NCBI GenBank assembly: GCA_039029315.1
Contig: JBCCGK010000023.1
Coordinates: forward strand, 56,670 to 120,669
Direction: 5' to 3'
Length of the DNA stretch: 64,000 nucleotides
Source of the DNA: Bacteroidota bacterium
GTDB lineage: Bacteria; Bacteroidota; Bacteroidia; J057
Shown: positions 37,917 through 47,757 of the stretch, piece by piece
How positions within the stretch are numbered: the first letter of the stretch is position 1
Layout of the letters: every line of letters starts with the position of its first letter
Notes under the pieces: model-generated
The model's database searches: none
The model's input: the letters and a program-made list of their open reading frames with translations, nothing else
What the model was told of the DNA's origin: nothing
Position numbers and translations under genes: made by a program

Positions 37917-38156
37917 TTATTCAGGCGGGGAGTCTCTATCTTCCTTTTTCCGTAAACGTTCGATGAACTTGGGACTTCTGGATGTATGGAAAATATCTAA
38001 TATAAAAAGTTGGTTTTCCTGCTTTTCAACCCGATAAATGACTCGATACTGTTTCTGATACGCTGCTGACCTGTATCGGCCATAAGGATCAGGAAGCTCT
38101 TTGCAGATAGGAAACTTAAAAGGAAACTGTGAAAGATGATCACAAAAATCTATCAA
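37917..38156 (-). CDS. RelE/ParE-family type II toxin
   Basis: 79 aa with YRVIYRV...LFILDIFHTS, typical of RelE/ParE plasmid-stabilisation toxins. Confidence 0.6.
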   Translation of the reverse strand: MIDFCDHLSQFPFKFPICKELPDPYGRYRSAAYQKQYRVIYRVEKQENQLFILDIFHTSRSPKFIERLRKKEDRDSPPE

Positions 38157-38248
38157 TCCGATTGTATACTCAATAGATCTTTCTTGACTAAATCTATTCC
38201 CGTAATTAAAGACATCTTCCTATGCCAAGAGTGCCTGTTCAGTCCACT

Positions 38249-38491
38249 TTACTTCCATGAATTCAGTCGCCTTCGAACCTCTTCTGTTGAAAAGACTCTG
38301 CCATCTACGATATCTTTTTCAGCCATTGATATCCTTTGCTGAAATATCTCCATGGACATAGACTCTCCAGGCATAGACATATCTTCGCCAGTGTTTTCGG
38401 TCTGGAGTTTTTGACGTACACCTAATACAACCTTCCATTGTTGACTTTGAGGAAGGGCAAAAATGTGTTTTATAATTTCAGTTGTACTCAT
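38249..38491 (-). CDS. Putative antitoxin / addiction-module component
   Basis: 80-aa ORF immediately upstream of the RelE/ParE gene, with a 92-bp gap. The small acidic protein carries a C-terminal FSTEEVRRRL segment. Confidence 0.4.
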   Translation of the reverse strand: MSTTEIIKHIFALPQSQQWKVVLGVRQKLQTENTGEDMSMPGESMSMEIFQQRISMAEKDIVDGRVFSTEEVRRRLNSWK

Positions 38492-38652
38492 TTTTATTCT
38501 TCACAATTCAAATGATCTCATTAAAGGTACCAAAAAACAGGAAGGATGTCTATCTATCTTGCGAAATGGTTTGATGCACATTCTGCATTTTCCAAGCAAA
38601 CTACTATCTTTCCTCTCTTCTAACTCCTATTACAAAAAACTCACTAACTACA

Positions 38653-39810
38653 ATGTATCATACACTAACTACTGTTGTTGCCGGAGCTGGCTTTATCGGA
38701 CCTGTTCATATGGAAGCACTCAAACGCCTGGGGGTCCGGGTAAAAGGTGCACTAGGCAAAGATCAGGCTGAATCTGAACAGGCCAGAGCGGCAATGGGAT
38801 TGGAAGTCGCTTATGCTTCCTTTGAGGATGTCCTCAATGATGAAGAGGTTGATGCGGTTCATTTGGCATTGCCGAATGTGCTTCATTATCCCTTTGCCAA
38901 GCAAGCTCTTCTCGCAGGCAAGCATGTCATGTGCGAAAAACCATTGGCCATGACATCGGAAGAAAGTCAGGAGCTGGTCGAATTGGCCAAGTCAAGCGGT
39001 CTGGTAGCAGGGGTATGCTACAATATTCGCTTTTATCCGCTCAATCTGGATGCTCGTCATCGGGTAGAGCAAGGAGAATTGGGCGATTTCTACTCTGTGG
39101 TTGGTAGCTATGTTCAAGACTGGTTGCAGTATGATACAGATTACAACTGGCGGGTATTGGCCGATCAGGGAGGTGCATTGCGAGCGGTCGCAGACATTGG
39201 CACCCACTGGATGGATCTGGTGACCACCATTACAGGCTTAGAGGTTGAAGCAGTCTTTGCTGATCTAAATACTGTCCATCCGATTCGGAAGCGACCTATT
39301 GGGGAAGTCGAGACTTTTTCAGGCAAACAAAAGACCTTTCAGGAAGTAGAAGAAATTCCCATCACTACTGAAGATACAGGCAGTATTCTGTTTCGATTCA
39401 AAGGCGGAGCCAAAGGAGCCTTATGGGTATCGCAAGTAACTGCAGGTCGAAAAAATTGCCTTCGATATGAAATCTCTGGCGCGAAATCATCTCTGTATTG
39501 GGACAGTGAGCGACCCAATGAGATCAGAATTGGCCACAGAGAGCGGCCCAATGAACTCATGATCAAAGATCCCGCTTTGGTAGGTGGGCCTGTCGGTCAG
39601 TATGTGAATTATCCCGGGGGTCACAATGAAGGCTTCCCTGATACCTTCAAACAGTGTTTCAGAGCTTTTTATGATGCCATTTTGAACAATACCCCTTCAG
39701 ATGAGGCTGTGTATCCGACATTTGTACAAGGCCATCATGAAGTTGTGCTTTGTGAGGCGATCCTGAAAAGTCACGCGGAAGAAAGATGGGTAAAGACCAG
39801 TGAGATATAG
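38653..39810 (+). CDS. Gfo/Idh/MocA-family NAD(P)-dependent oxidoreductase
   Basis: Rossmann motif [16 protein letters not shown]. The EKPLAM motif is characteristic of the family. Confidence 0.85.
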   Translation: MYHTLTTVVAGAGFIGPVHMEALKRLGVRVKGALGKDQAESEQARAAMGLEVAYASFEDVLNDEEVDAVHLALPNVLHYPFAKQALLAGKHVMCEKPLAMTSEESQELVELAKSSGLVAGVCYNIRFYPLNLDARHRVEQGELGDFYSVVGSYVQDWLQYDTDYNWRVLADQGGALRAVADIGTHWMDLVTTITGLEVEAVFADLNTVHPIRKRPIGEVETFSGKQKTFQEVEEIPITTEDTGSILFRFKGGAKGALWVSQVTAGRKNCLRYEISGAKSSLYWDSERPNEIRIGHRERPNELMIKDPALVGGPVGQYVNYPGGHNEGFPDTFKQCFRAFYDAILNNTPSDEAVYPTFVQGHHEVVLCEAILKSHAEERWVKTSEI

Positions 39811-39883
39811 TCTCCTTTTGATCTTGAACACAAAGCCGTTGAGCAACAGATATCGATTGTAGAGAGAACAAGAGATCTTCTCT

Positions 39884-40138
39884 CTACATCTTTTTCAATT
39901 TCCACAGAATATCACTGAGACCATTGGTCTTGATTTCGTAGACCGTGGCTAGTTGCATGCCCAGCTTGCCTTTGGGAAATCCTTCTCTGGCAAACCATTC
40001 CAGGTAATGCGAAGGAAGGTCGCACAGGAGCGTCCCAGCATACTTGCCAAAGGGCATTTTGTGGCGGACCAGTTCCAGCAAGATTTGCGGGTCTGGCATG
40101 GGAGAAGACGTGTTTGGGTCATCCATAGATCTGCTCAT
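39884..40138 (-). CDS. DUF3820-family small protein
   Basis: 84 aa with MPFGKYAGTLLCDLPSHYLEWFAREG, which matches the DUF3820 consensus. Confidence 0.5.
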   Translation of the reverse strand: MSRSMDDPNTSSPMPDPQILLELVRHKMPFGKYAGTLLCDLPSHYLEWFAREGFPKGKLGMQLATVYEIKTNGLSDILWKLKKM

Positions 40139-40237
40139 TGATGTTTCTAGGCCTGCATATTAGGAAATTCACTAACTTGGTCCAATCTCAACGCAGTATT
40201 CTTTTTCGTCTCACTCTTCCTCATCTCCTTCACGAAC

Positions 40238-41158
40238 ATGAAACTTGGATTCGTATCAGCCATTCTCCCGGAACAAAGTCTTGCAGAGGTGCTGTCACTT
40301 GCAGCAGAAATCGGATATGATTGTGTAGAAATCATGTGCTGGCCCAAAGGCAAAGCTGAAAGACGTTATGCAGGGGTAACCCATATCGATGTATCGGATT
40401 TTGGAGAGAATGAAGTGCTGGAAGTACGACGTTTGATTGGTGCAAAAGGCGTCTCTATCAGCGGACTTGGATATTACCCCAATCCTTTGGTGGCAGATAA
40501 GGAAGAAGGACAGGTCTACATCGATCATATCAAGAAAGTCATCCGTGCAGCGGCTATGCTGAATATCGGACGTGTCAACACCTTCATTGGTCGTGATCAT
40601 AACAAAAGTATTGAAGACAACTGGCCACGCTTCCTGGAAGTATGGCCTGACATCATTGCTTATGCCGAGGAGCAAAAAGTCTATGTGGGCATCGAAAACT
40701 GTCCCATGCTGTTCACTTATGACGAATGGCCTGGCGGCAAAAATCTGGGTACCAGCCCTGAGATTTGGCGAAGGATGTTCGAGGCGATTCCCAGCAAGTA
40801 TTTTGGGTTGAACTATGATCCTTCCCATATGATTTGGCAGCACATGGATTATCTGGCACCAATGCGCAATTTTGCGGATCGGCTTCATCATATTCACGCC
40901 AAAGATGTGCGCATTGACTATCACAAACTCAATGAGGTCGGCATCATGGCCCCCCCCAATGAATGGCACAGCCCCAAATTACCTGGCTTGGGAGCGGTGG
41001 ATTGGGGACAATTCTTCTCTACCCTTACCAGTGCCGGATATGATGGCCCAGTCTGCGTGGAAGTGGAAGACCGGGCCTATGAGGGCTCTTTGGAGAAGCG
41101 AAAAGCTGCATTGATTCAGAGCTATTCTTATTTACGGCAGTTTATTCCGAAGATGTAA
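40238..41158 (+). CDS. Sugar phosphate isomerase/epimerase (xylose-isomerase-like TIM barrel)
   Basis: 306 aa, starting [32 protein letters not shown], with metal-ligand Glu/His/Asp blocks typical of AP-endonuclease 2 / XI-like TIM barrels. Confidence 0.8.
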   Translation: MKLGFVSAILPEQSLAEVLSLAAEIGYDCVEIMCWPKGKAERRYAGVTHIDVSDFGENEVLEVRRLIGAKGVSISGLGYYPNPLVADKEEGQVYIDHIKKVIRAAAMLNIGRVNTFIGRDHNKSIEDNWPRFLEVWPDIIAYAEEQKVYVGIENCPMLFTYDEWPGGKNLGTSPEIWRRMFEAIPSKYFGLNYDPSHMIWQHMDYLAPMRNFADRLHHIHAKDVRIDYHKLNEVGIMAPPNEWHSPKLPGLGAVDWGQFFSTLTSAGYDGPVCVEVEDRAYEGSLEKRKAALIQSYSYLRQFIPKM

Positions 41159-41314
41159 GGAGAAGGCACAAGGAAAGAGAAATCCTAAGGGTTCAGGCAA
41201 TAACATTCTCGCTCACAGAAGTTTGCAGGCCAAGCAACAGCTTTTTCCTGTGATTTGCACTACCCCTGAACAAGAACAGATCATTCCTTGCGCCTCCGAA
41301 CTCTACAGGTTCTG

Positions 41315-42592
41315 TTAGTCATCAATCATCTGCCCTACCAACTGCTTGAATTTCCAGCCGGTCTGATCACCATTCCAGCCCTGTGTTTGCTTATAGATGA
41401 TGCCAATGACTTGCTCTTTGGGATCAGCAAAGTATTGTGTATTGAAATATCCGCCCCACTCGAACGTACCTATACTGCCATTGCCTCCCATGTCTTGTCC
41501 CCGCTGATCTACAACCCCAAAGGCCAAACCGTAATACCTGCCGCCGTCTCCCCAATAATCTTTGATATGATTGCCCATGATGGACTGAATGGTGGTTCGA
41601 CTCAAAAACCTGCGCCCATTGTATGTGCCCCCATTGAGGTACATTTGCAAAAACTTCGCATAATCCAGGACTGTGCTGCTCAATCCTCCACCACCAGAGA
41701 AAAATGCCTTGGCACCTTTGATCGGAAAATCAATATCAAAGCGATGATCCGTAAAATTCTGCCATTTTCCATCCTCAAACCCATGTACTGCAACCAGGCG
41801 TTTGGCTTTCTTTTTGGGGAGGTAGAAATAGCTATCCTCCATTCCCAACGGATCAAACAAACGCTCCTTTAGAAATTGATCAAAGGGCATTCCTGACACT
41901 ACTTCGATGAAATATCCCAACACATCCAGACCTTCGCTATAGAGATATTCTTCTCCCGGATGAAAATGCAACGGAAGTTTGGCGAGTTTCTTGATGTTTT
42001 CTTCTATGGTGTATTCCTCGGTAGTCCAGGCATCGACAATTCCGTGCTTCTGATAGAGCATTTTGAAGCGCTCATCGGGATCAATCATCCCATATCCGAT
42101 CCCGGAAGTATGCGTCAGCAAATGTCGGATGGTAATCGGACTGTTGACGGGTTCCGTCGTAAAGGTCGTGTCCGCATAGCGATAGTTTTTCAGAACACCT
42201 GTCTCCGCAAATTCAGGGATATACTTCGAAATCGGGTCATCCAACCGAAATTTTCCTTCCTCCCACAGCATCATGACTGCAGTAGAGGTGATAGCTTTGG
42301 TCTGGGAAGCAATGCGGAATATATCATCTCTCTTCAATCTGCGATCCGCCTCAATATCTGCCGTCCCAAACGCTTTGTGCAGGACGATCTTGCCTTTGCG
42401 GGCTACCAGAACCACAATTCCAGGGACATGTTCTTTTTCGATGGTTTCTTCACACATCTTTTCAATCCGGGCAAGCCTCTCCGCAGAAACACCCACACTT
42501 TCGGGACTGGCTTCTGAGAGCATAGAAGGAGCTTGCCCAAAGAGGGAACTGAAGGCAATTGCGAAGAGAGTAATAAGGAGTAATCGTTTCAT
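41315..42592 (-). CDS. Beta-lactamase-related serine hydrolase (class C-like esterase/peptidase), secreted
   Basis: Signal peptide. S-x-x-K active-site motif ASQTK. Family length about 425 aa. Confidence 0.8.
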   Translation of the reverse strand: MKRLLLITLFAIAFSSLFGQAPSMLSEASPESVGVSAERLARIEKMCEETIEKEHVPGIVVLVARKGKIVLHKAFGTADIEADRRLKRDDIFRIASQTKAITSTAVMMLWEEGKFRLDDPISKYIPEFAETGVLKNYRYADTTFTTEPVNSPITIRHLLTHTSGIGYGMIDPDERFKMLYQKHGIVDAWTTEEYTIEENIKKLAKLPLHFHPGEEYLYSEGLDVLGYFIEVVSGMPFDQFLKERLFDPLGMEDSYFYLPKKKAKRLVAVHGFEDGKWQNFTDHRFDIDFPIKGAKAFFSGGGGLSSTVLDYAKFLQMYLNGGTYNGRRFLSRTTIQSIMGNHIKDYWGDGGRYYGLAFGVVDQRGQDMGGNGSIGTFEWGGYFNTQYFADPKEQVIGIIYKQTQGWNGDQTGWKFKQLVGQMIDD

Positions 42593-42788
42593 ACAAATGA
42601 GATATTGATTGGGGATAAAGCTAAAGAATCGGGATCATTTCTCCCATATTGATAGGTGGGCAAATGCTTGATTTATTCCAGCAAAAAGTTTGATCATCAG
42701 CAATAAATGACATAAGTTTTTCTATATTAGTCTATTACAGACGCTTACACAGGATCTTCTCCTCCCTTTCCTCCTTCAATCATTCACA

Positions 42789-44243
42789 ATGAAAACAACA
42801 ACTCTCCTCTTGGTACTTCTGGTCCTGTTCGGTGGCCTGCTCCACTCCAGAGATATGGCTTGGAGAAATGCCGGTCCATTGGTCCTGGATACTCTCACCG
42901 TTGCAGCCTGCAGTACATACACCAGTCCCAGTGGCCTCTACACCTGGACAACTTCTGGCACCTATCAGGATACCCTTAGCGGAACCTTATGTGATACCCT
43001 TCTTACCATTCATCTGACAATTGGATATCAACCTTCTGTCAATATCCTGATTGAAAATCCCTGCGGGAGCAGCTATACTCTCAATGATACCACCTATACC
43101 ATTTCGGGTATCCACACCCAGATTCTCACCAATGCTGTAGGCTGCGATAGTGTCTTAACAGTCTACCTTAACCTCTTTCACCTTGAAACCTATGACACCT
43201 TGACGGTAGATACATGTGACACTTATACCCTTAATGGACAAACATATTCCACCAGCGGTACCTATACACAGCTGCTTACTAACTGGCTGAATTGTGATAG
43301 CTTTCTCACCCTGAACCTCACCATTCATGAAGCCAGCCAACATCTCCTGGCTGATAGCAGTTGCGAAAGCTACTCGTTTCATGATAGCTTATATACACAA
43401 TCTGGTCTGTACACCCACACATTGACGAATCAGGCTGGCTGTGATAGCCTCATCAGCCTGGATGTGACCATCCATCCAGCCTCTCAGCATCTCTTGACAG
43501 CATCTGCTTGCGAGAGTTATGCGTTAAATGACAGCCTATATACTGTCTCTGGCACCTATGAACAGATTCTCATGAACGAATATGGATGTGATAGCACCCT
43601 CACGCTGGATCTGCGTATTTCGCAGGCTTCACAAAGTTATCTTGATTCCATTGTTGTATGCGATGCGTATTCTCTCAATGATTCTGTCTATACGAGTAGC
43701 GGAATGTATACCCAACTTCTCACCAATGCAGAGGGATGCGATAGCAGCATTTTGCTTGATCTAACCATTGAACCACTACATGTAAGCCTAACTTCTGATG
43801 GTTGGACGATATTCGCCCATCCCAACTTCAACTCACAATACCAGTGGGTGAATTGTGATAGTGGATATCTCCCTGTTCCCGGAGAAACGAATGAGAGTTA
43901 CAGTCCTGTTGCAGATGGAAATTATGCTGTGATCGTAACCAATGGAAACTGTCGGGATACCTCAGCGTGTATGGCTATGACTATTACCAGCTTGGATCAA
44001 AGCTTTGCGCATGAACTCAGATATTTTCCGTCTCCGAGTTCTGGAGTACTGACCATCGACCTAGGAGGTATATATCGACACATCGAGATAGACATTCAAA
44101 ATGCGATTGGGCAACAGATTGGAACCTATAGAGATCAATCTCGCCAAAAAACGTCTGTTCGTTTACCCACAGAATCAGGGATATATATGCTTCAAGTGCA
44201 GGCTGATGATCGGGTTGCCGTCATAAAAGTAGTCCGGGAATAA
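42789..44243 (+). CDS. Secreted Cys-containing tandem-repeat protein with T9SS C-terminal sorting domain
   Basis: Six tandem repeats of about 47 aa (consensus TLT-x-CDSYTLNDSTYT-SGTYTQ-LTN-GCDS-LTLDLTIH) spanning roughly 42900-43790. C-terminal CTD (RYFPSPSSGVLTIDL...GIYMLQVQ). Confidence 0.6.
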   Translation: MKTTTLLLVLLVLFGGLLHSRDMAWRNAGPLVLDTLTVAACSTYTSPSGLYTWTTSGTYQDTLSGTLCDTLLTIHLTIGYQPSVNILIENPCGSSYTLNDTTYTISGIHTQILTNAVGCDSVLTVYLNLFHLETYDTLTVDTCDTYTLNGQTYSTSGTYTQLLTNWLNCDSFLTLNLTIHEASQHLLADSSCESYSFHDSLYTQSGLYTHTLTNQAGCDSLISLDVTIHPASQHLLTASACESYALNDSLYTVSGTYEQILMNEYGCDSTLTLDLRISQASQSYLDSIVVCDAYSLNDSVYTSSGMYTQLLTNAEGCDSSILLDLTIEPLHVSLTSDGWTIFAHPNFNSQYQWVNCDSGYLPVPGETNESYSPVADGNYAVIVTNGNCRDTSACMAMTITSLDQSFAHELRYFPSPSSGVLTIDLGGIYRHIEIDIQNAIGQQIGTYRDQSRQKTSVRLPTESGIYMLQVQADDRVAVIKVVRE

Positions 44244-44380
44244 GAGAGAGGTTGAATTTGGGAAACAGTCCATCTAAAACCACTAGAATGTCTTTGTTAC
44301 AGACAAAATGGACAAAGTCAAACTAAGAAATGGGAAGATTTTTTCATTGATTGAGGCCTCAATCATCAATCTAGCTGCCT

Positions 44381-45496
44381 ATGAACATCGCTGAATTTAA
44401 ACTCGAACGCTACTTCGCAAAATACGAATTCACCACACGCTATCTGCTATCTTGCTCAGACTGTGATGGATATCCTCTTTCCTATGTGCTGGATCAGGCA
44501 ACTACCAAAGAACGAAATCTTTGGGACAAGCTGACCTTGGGGTATACTGAATCCGAAGGCAATATCCATCTTCGGGAAGCGATATCGGATCAATACACAA
44601 GCATTTCTCCATCGGAAATAGTCGTAGCGAGTCCCGGCGAACTGAATTTCATCCTGATGAATCGTTTGTTGCACACTGGTGATCATGTCATCTGCATGTC
44701 TCCGGCTTATCAGTCCTTATTTGAAGTGGCTAGATCTTTGGGCACAGAGCTGTCATTTTGGCAACCCAATCCTGACAATTGGCATTTTGACCCGGATGAA
44801 CTCGCGGCATTGATTCGCCCCAACACTCGGATGATCATCATCAATTTTCCTCATAATCCTACGGGTGCATTTCCTTCAAGAGATGAGCTAGATCGTATCG
44901 TCGACTTGGCCAGACGGCAGGGAATTTATCTTTTTTCGGATGAAATGTATCGGAGCCTGCTTCATGGTGAGACAGAAGAGATTCCCTCAGTTTGTGATCT
45001 GTACGAAAAAGGGATCAGTCTGTGGGGCATGGCAAAAACCTTTGGTCTGGCAGGATTGCGAATGGGATGGCTTGCCTGTAAGGATACACAGATTCTCCAG
45101 CAAATCCTGGCGTTCAAGGACTATCTCTCGATCTGCAACAGTGCGCCCAGTGAAATCCTCTCCCTCATCGCGCTGCGACATCAAGATGCATTTGTCCAAC
45201 CCAATCTGACCAAAATCAGGAAAAATCTGAGCCTGTTTCAGGCCTTTGTCAGAAAGCATGAATCGTGGATTCAATGTATTCCTTCACAAGCGGGCTCAAC
45301 GGCATTTGCGAAGCTACACATCTCTGAGTCGAGCCTGGATTTTGGAGAGCGACTGGTGCGAGAAACCGGCATTATGCTGGTTCCAGCAGAGATGTTTGAG
45401 TATGGACAAGCACACATACGCATAGGATTTGGGCGAGAAAATTTTTCTGAAGTCCTCACAGTTTTTGGCCAATGGCTCTTGAAACAATCCAAATAG
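44381..45496 (+). CDS. Class I/II PLP-dependent aminotransferase
   Basis: 371 aa. The FPHNPTGA motif and a later conserved Lys region are typical of fold-type I aminotransferases. Confidence 0.8.
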   Translation: MNIAEFKLERYFAKYEFTTRYLLSCSDCDGYPLSYVLDQATTKERNLWDKLTLGYTESEGNIHLREAISDQYTSISPSEIVVASPGELNFILMNRLLHTGDHVICMSPAYQSLFEVARSLGTELSFWQPNPDNWHFDPDELAALIRPNTRMIIINFPHNPTGAFPSRDELDRIVDLARRQGIYLFSDEMYRSLLHGETEEIPSVCDLYEKGISLWGMAKTFGLAGLRMGWLACKDTQILQQILAFKDYLSICNSAPSEILSLIALRHQDAFVQPNLTKIRKNLSLFQAFVRKHESWIQCIPSQAGSTAFAKLHISESSLDFGERLVRETGIMLVPAEMFEYGQAHIRIGFGRENFSEVLTVFGQWLLKQSK

Positions 45497-45559
45497 TCTC
45501 TTAATTTTACGCCTGACTTACGAGACATTTTTCTATTCTCACCATTCAATCTATTCATC

Positions 45560-46579
45560 ATGAATGAACAGATACGGGATACCTTTATCCTGGAAATGAA
45601 AAGTCTCATCCTTCAAGCAAGGCAAACAGCCGTCCGAAGCGTGGATGCAGCACGGGTACAATTGTACTGGCACATTGGCAAAGGAATTTTTGAAGAAGAA
45701 CAACATGGGCAGGACAGAGCTGCTTATGGAACATTTCTGATAAATCGCCTTGCTAAAGAATTACAAGCAGAGTTTGGTTCTGGATTCTCCAAGCGTCAAC
45801 TTCATCTTTACAGGCAGTTTTTTCGAACGTTCCCAATTGTGACTGCACTGCGGTCACAATTGAGTTGGACCCAGTACAAGCGTCTCATCCAAATCAAGGA
45901 CCAGGACAAACGCACCTACTACATCCACGAAGCTGTCAAGAATAATTGGTCTTCTCGCCAGTTGGAGCGCCAGATCAACAGCCAATTGTATGAGCGCCTT
46001 CTTCTCAGCAATGACAAGGCATCGGTACTCGCAGTAGCGAGACAGGAAAAACAGCCTGAATCGCCTCAAGAAATCATCAAAGATCCGATGGTTCTAGAGT
46101 TTTTGGGGCTGGAAAGGAAAGCAAGCTATTATGAAAAAGATGTTGAGCGGGGGCTGATCAGCCAGCTTCAGGATTTTCTGTTAGAACTGGGAAACGGATT
46201 TTCGTTTGTCGCTCGCCAAAAGAGAATTCATTTGGAAGGAGATGAATTTTTCATTGATTTGGTATGCTACAATCGCTTATTGCGCGCTTTTGTCCTCATT
46301 GAAATCAAAACCCACAAGCTTAGTCATCAAGACCTTGGACAGCTCAATATGTATGTCAACTACTATGATCGGGTAGAGAAAAGACCGGATGAGCATCCGA
46401 CCATTGGCATTTTGTTATGTGCTGACAAAAACGATGCTGTGGTCAAGTTTTCTTTACCAGAAGACAATCATCAAATTCTCGCCAGTCAGTATCACTTGTA
46501 TTTACCTTCTGAAGAGCAGTTGTTGGCCAAGATGCGGAAAAGCATAGAGGAATTTGAATGGTCCGGGCAACAGACTTGA
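45560..46579 (+). CDS. YhcG-like PD-(D/E)XK nuclease (DUF1016 family)
   Basis: N-terminal DUF1016-like helical domain. C-terminal FIDLVCYNRLLRAFVLIEIK (an E-x-K nuclease core with an upstream D). Confidence 0.65.
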   Translation: MNEQIRDTFILEMKSLILQARQTAVRSVDAARVQLYWHIGKGIFEEEQHGQDRAAYGTFLINRLAKELQAEFGSGFSKRQLHLYRQFFRTFPIVTALRSQLSWTQYKRLIQIKDQDKRTYYIHEAVKNNWSSRQLERQINSQLYERLLLSNDKASVLAVARQEKQPESPQEIIKDPMVLEFLGLERKASYYEKDVERGLISQLQDFLLELGNGFSFVARQKRIHLEGDEFFIDLVCYNRLLRAFVLIEIKTHKLSHQDLGQLNMYVNYYDRVEKRPDEHPTIGILLCADKNDAVVKFSLPEDNHQILASQYHLYLPSEEQLLAKMRKSIEEFEWSGQQT

Positions 46580-46697
46580 GGTGAATTGTATTCTGCGTAT
46601 CACATCTCTATCCTCTCCAGCTCCTCTGACCTCAAAAGTGAAGGTCCGGCAAGCAGCTAGCTTGACCGGACCATTTCACTCTAAAAGTTACCATTAC

Positions 46698-47495
46698 TTA
46701 GTTCATGACAGGAGTGGTTTCCTGCTTCTTGTTTGTTTTTGATTTTCTTTCTGTTGCCTCCTCATACATCTGGTCATAGTCTGCCCGCATCGTCCCCATT
46801 GCTCTGTCCCAAAAGAGGAAATACAATCCGTAATTCCCCGTAAAGCGTTTGTGATGAAGGTTATGAGACACAGAGGTGATGATCCACCGGCCAATCCAGG
46901 TTTTGTGAAATCCTTTGGGGTATAGCTCAAATCCCAGATGCTCATAGACATTATAGACAATCTGGAAAAGGAAGAACCAACTGATGGCTCCGATATGGAC
47001 TGGCAGCGTAAAGGCGATCAGTGGAATGATGGCCACTTCCAGGACGGCTTCTATTGGATGAAAAGCATATGCTGTCCAAGGAGAAGGATTGGTGGATTTG
47101 TGATGGACCAGATGCACATACTTGAAGACTTTGGGATGGTGCATGAAGCGGTGTTGCCAATAGAACCAGGTATCATGAAGCAGGAACATCCAGACCCAAG
47201 TGAATATATAATAGGCCGTACTATATTCATTGAAATCATAGTAGACATTGGTATAGGGACGAAGCACTGTCAGTGTCAGGATGGACACCGTCGCAAAAAT
47301 AGTGATGGTGATCATGGAGTACATAAAGTCTCTCGCATAATCGTTGAGCTTTGGCATTTTTTGCTGAATCTTCCTGAACCAGAGAGGACGTTTCAGAATG
47401 ATGTAAAAGAGGATGAAGGCTCCTGTAGCAAACTTCAGATAATCTTCCAGGATATGATAAGCTTCCCACAACCAATTGTCAAGTAAGGATTCCAT
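46698..47495 (-). CDS. Sterol desaturase / fatty-acid hydroxylase superfamily membrane protein
   Basis: His boxes HRFMHH, HLVHHKS and HNLHH, with multiple TM segments. Confidence 0.75.
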   Translation of the reverse strand: MESLLDNWLWEAYHILEDYLKFATGAFILFYIILKRPLWFRKIQQKMPKLNDYARDFMYSMITITIFATVSILTLTVLRPYTNVYYDFNEYSTAYYIFTWVWMFLLHDTWFYWQHRFMHHPKVFKYVHLVHHKSTNPSPWTAYAFHPIEAVLEVAIIPLIAFTLPVHIGAISWFFLFQIVYNVYEHLGFELYPKGFHKTWIGRWIITSVSHNLHHKRFTGNYGLYFLFWDRAMGTMRADYDQMYEEATERKSKTNKKQETTPVMN

Positions 47496-47757
47496 AGGAT
47501 GAAGAATTAAAGGTGAGCGTGTACTAGGAGATACACCAAATTCTGACGGAAGTTGTCAAATTTCCATACAATTCAATGAATGGTCTTTCCTCGCCGATGA
47601 CTGACAACTATCAGCAGTTGAATGGGGATTCCATCTTTTCTGACAAATGAAAGGATAGCAAGAACCACTGATCGGTCAAATGCTGCCGCTCATCGGATGA
47701 ATTGGGAACTCAGGGCATTTCTTTGTTTTTTGTATCAGCTAGAATGGTGATAATCTC

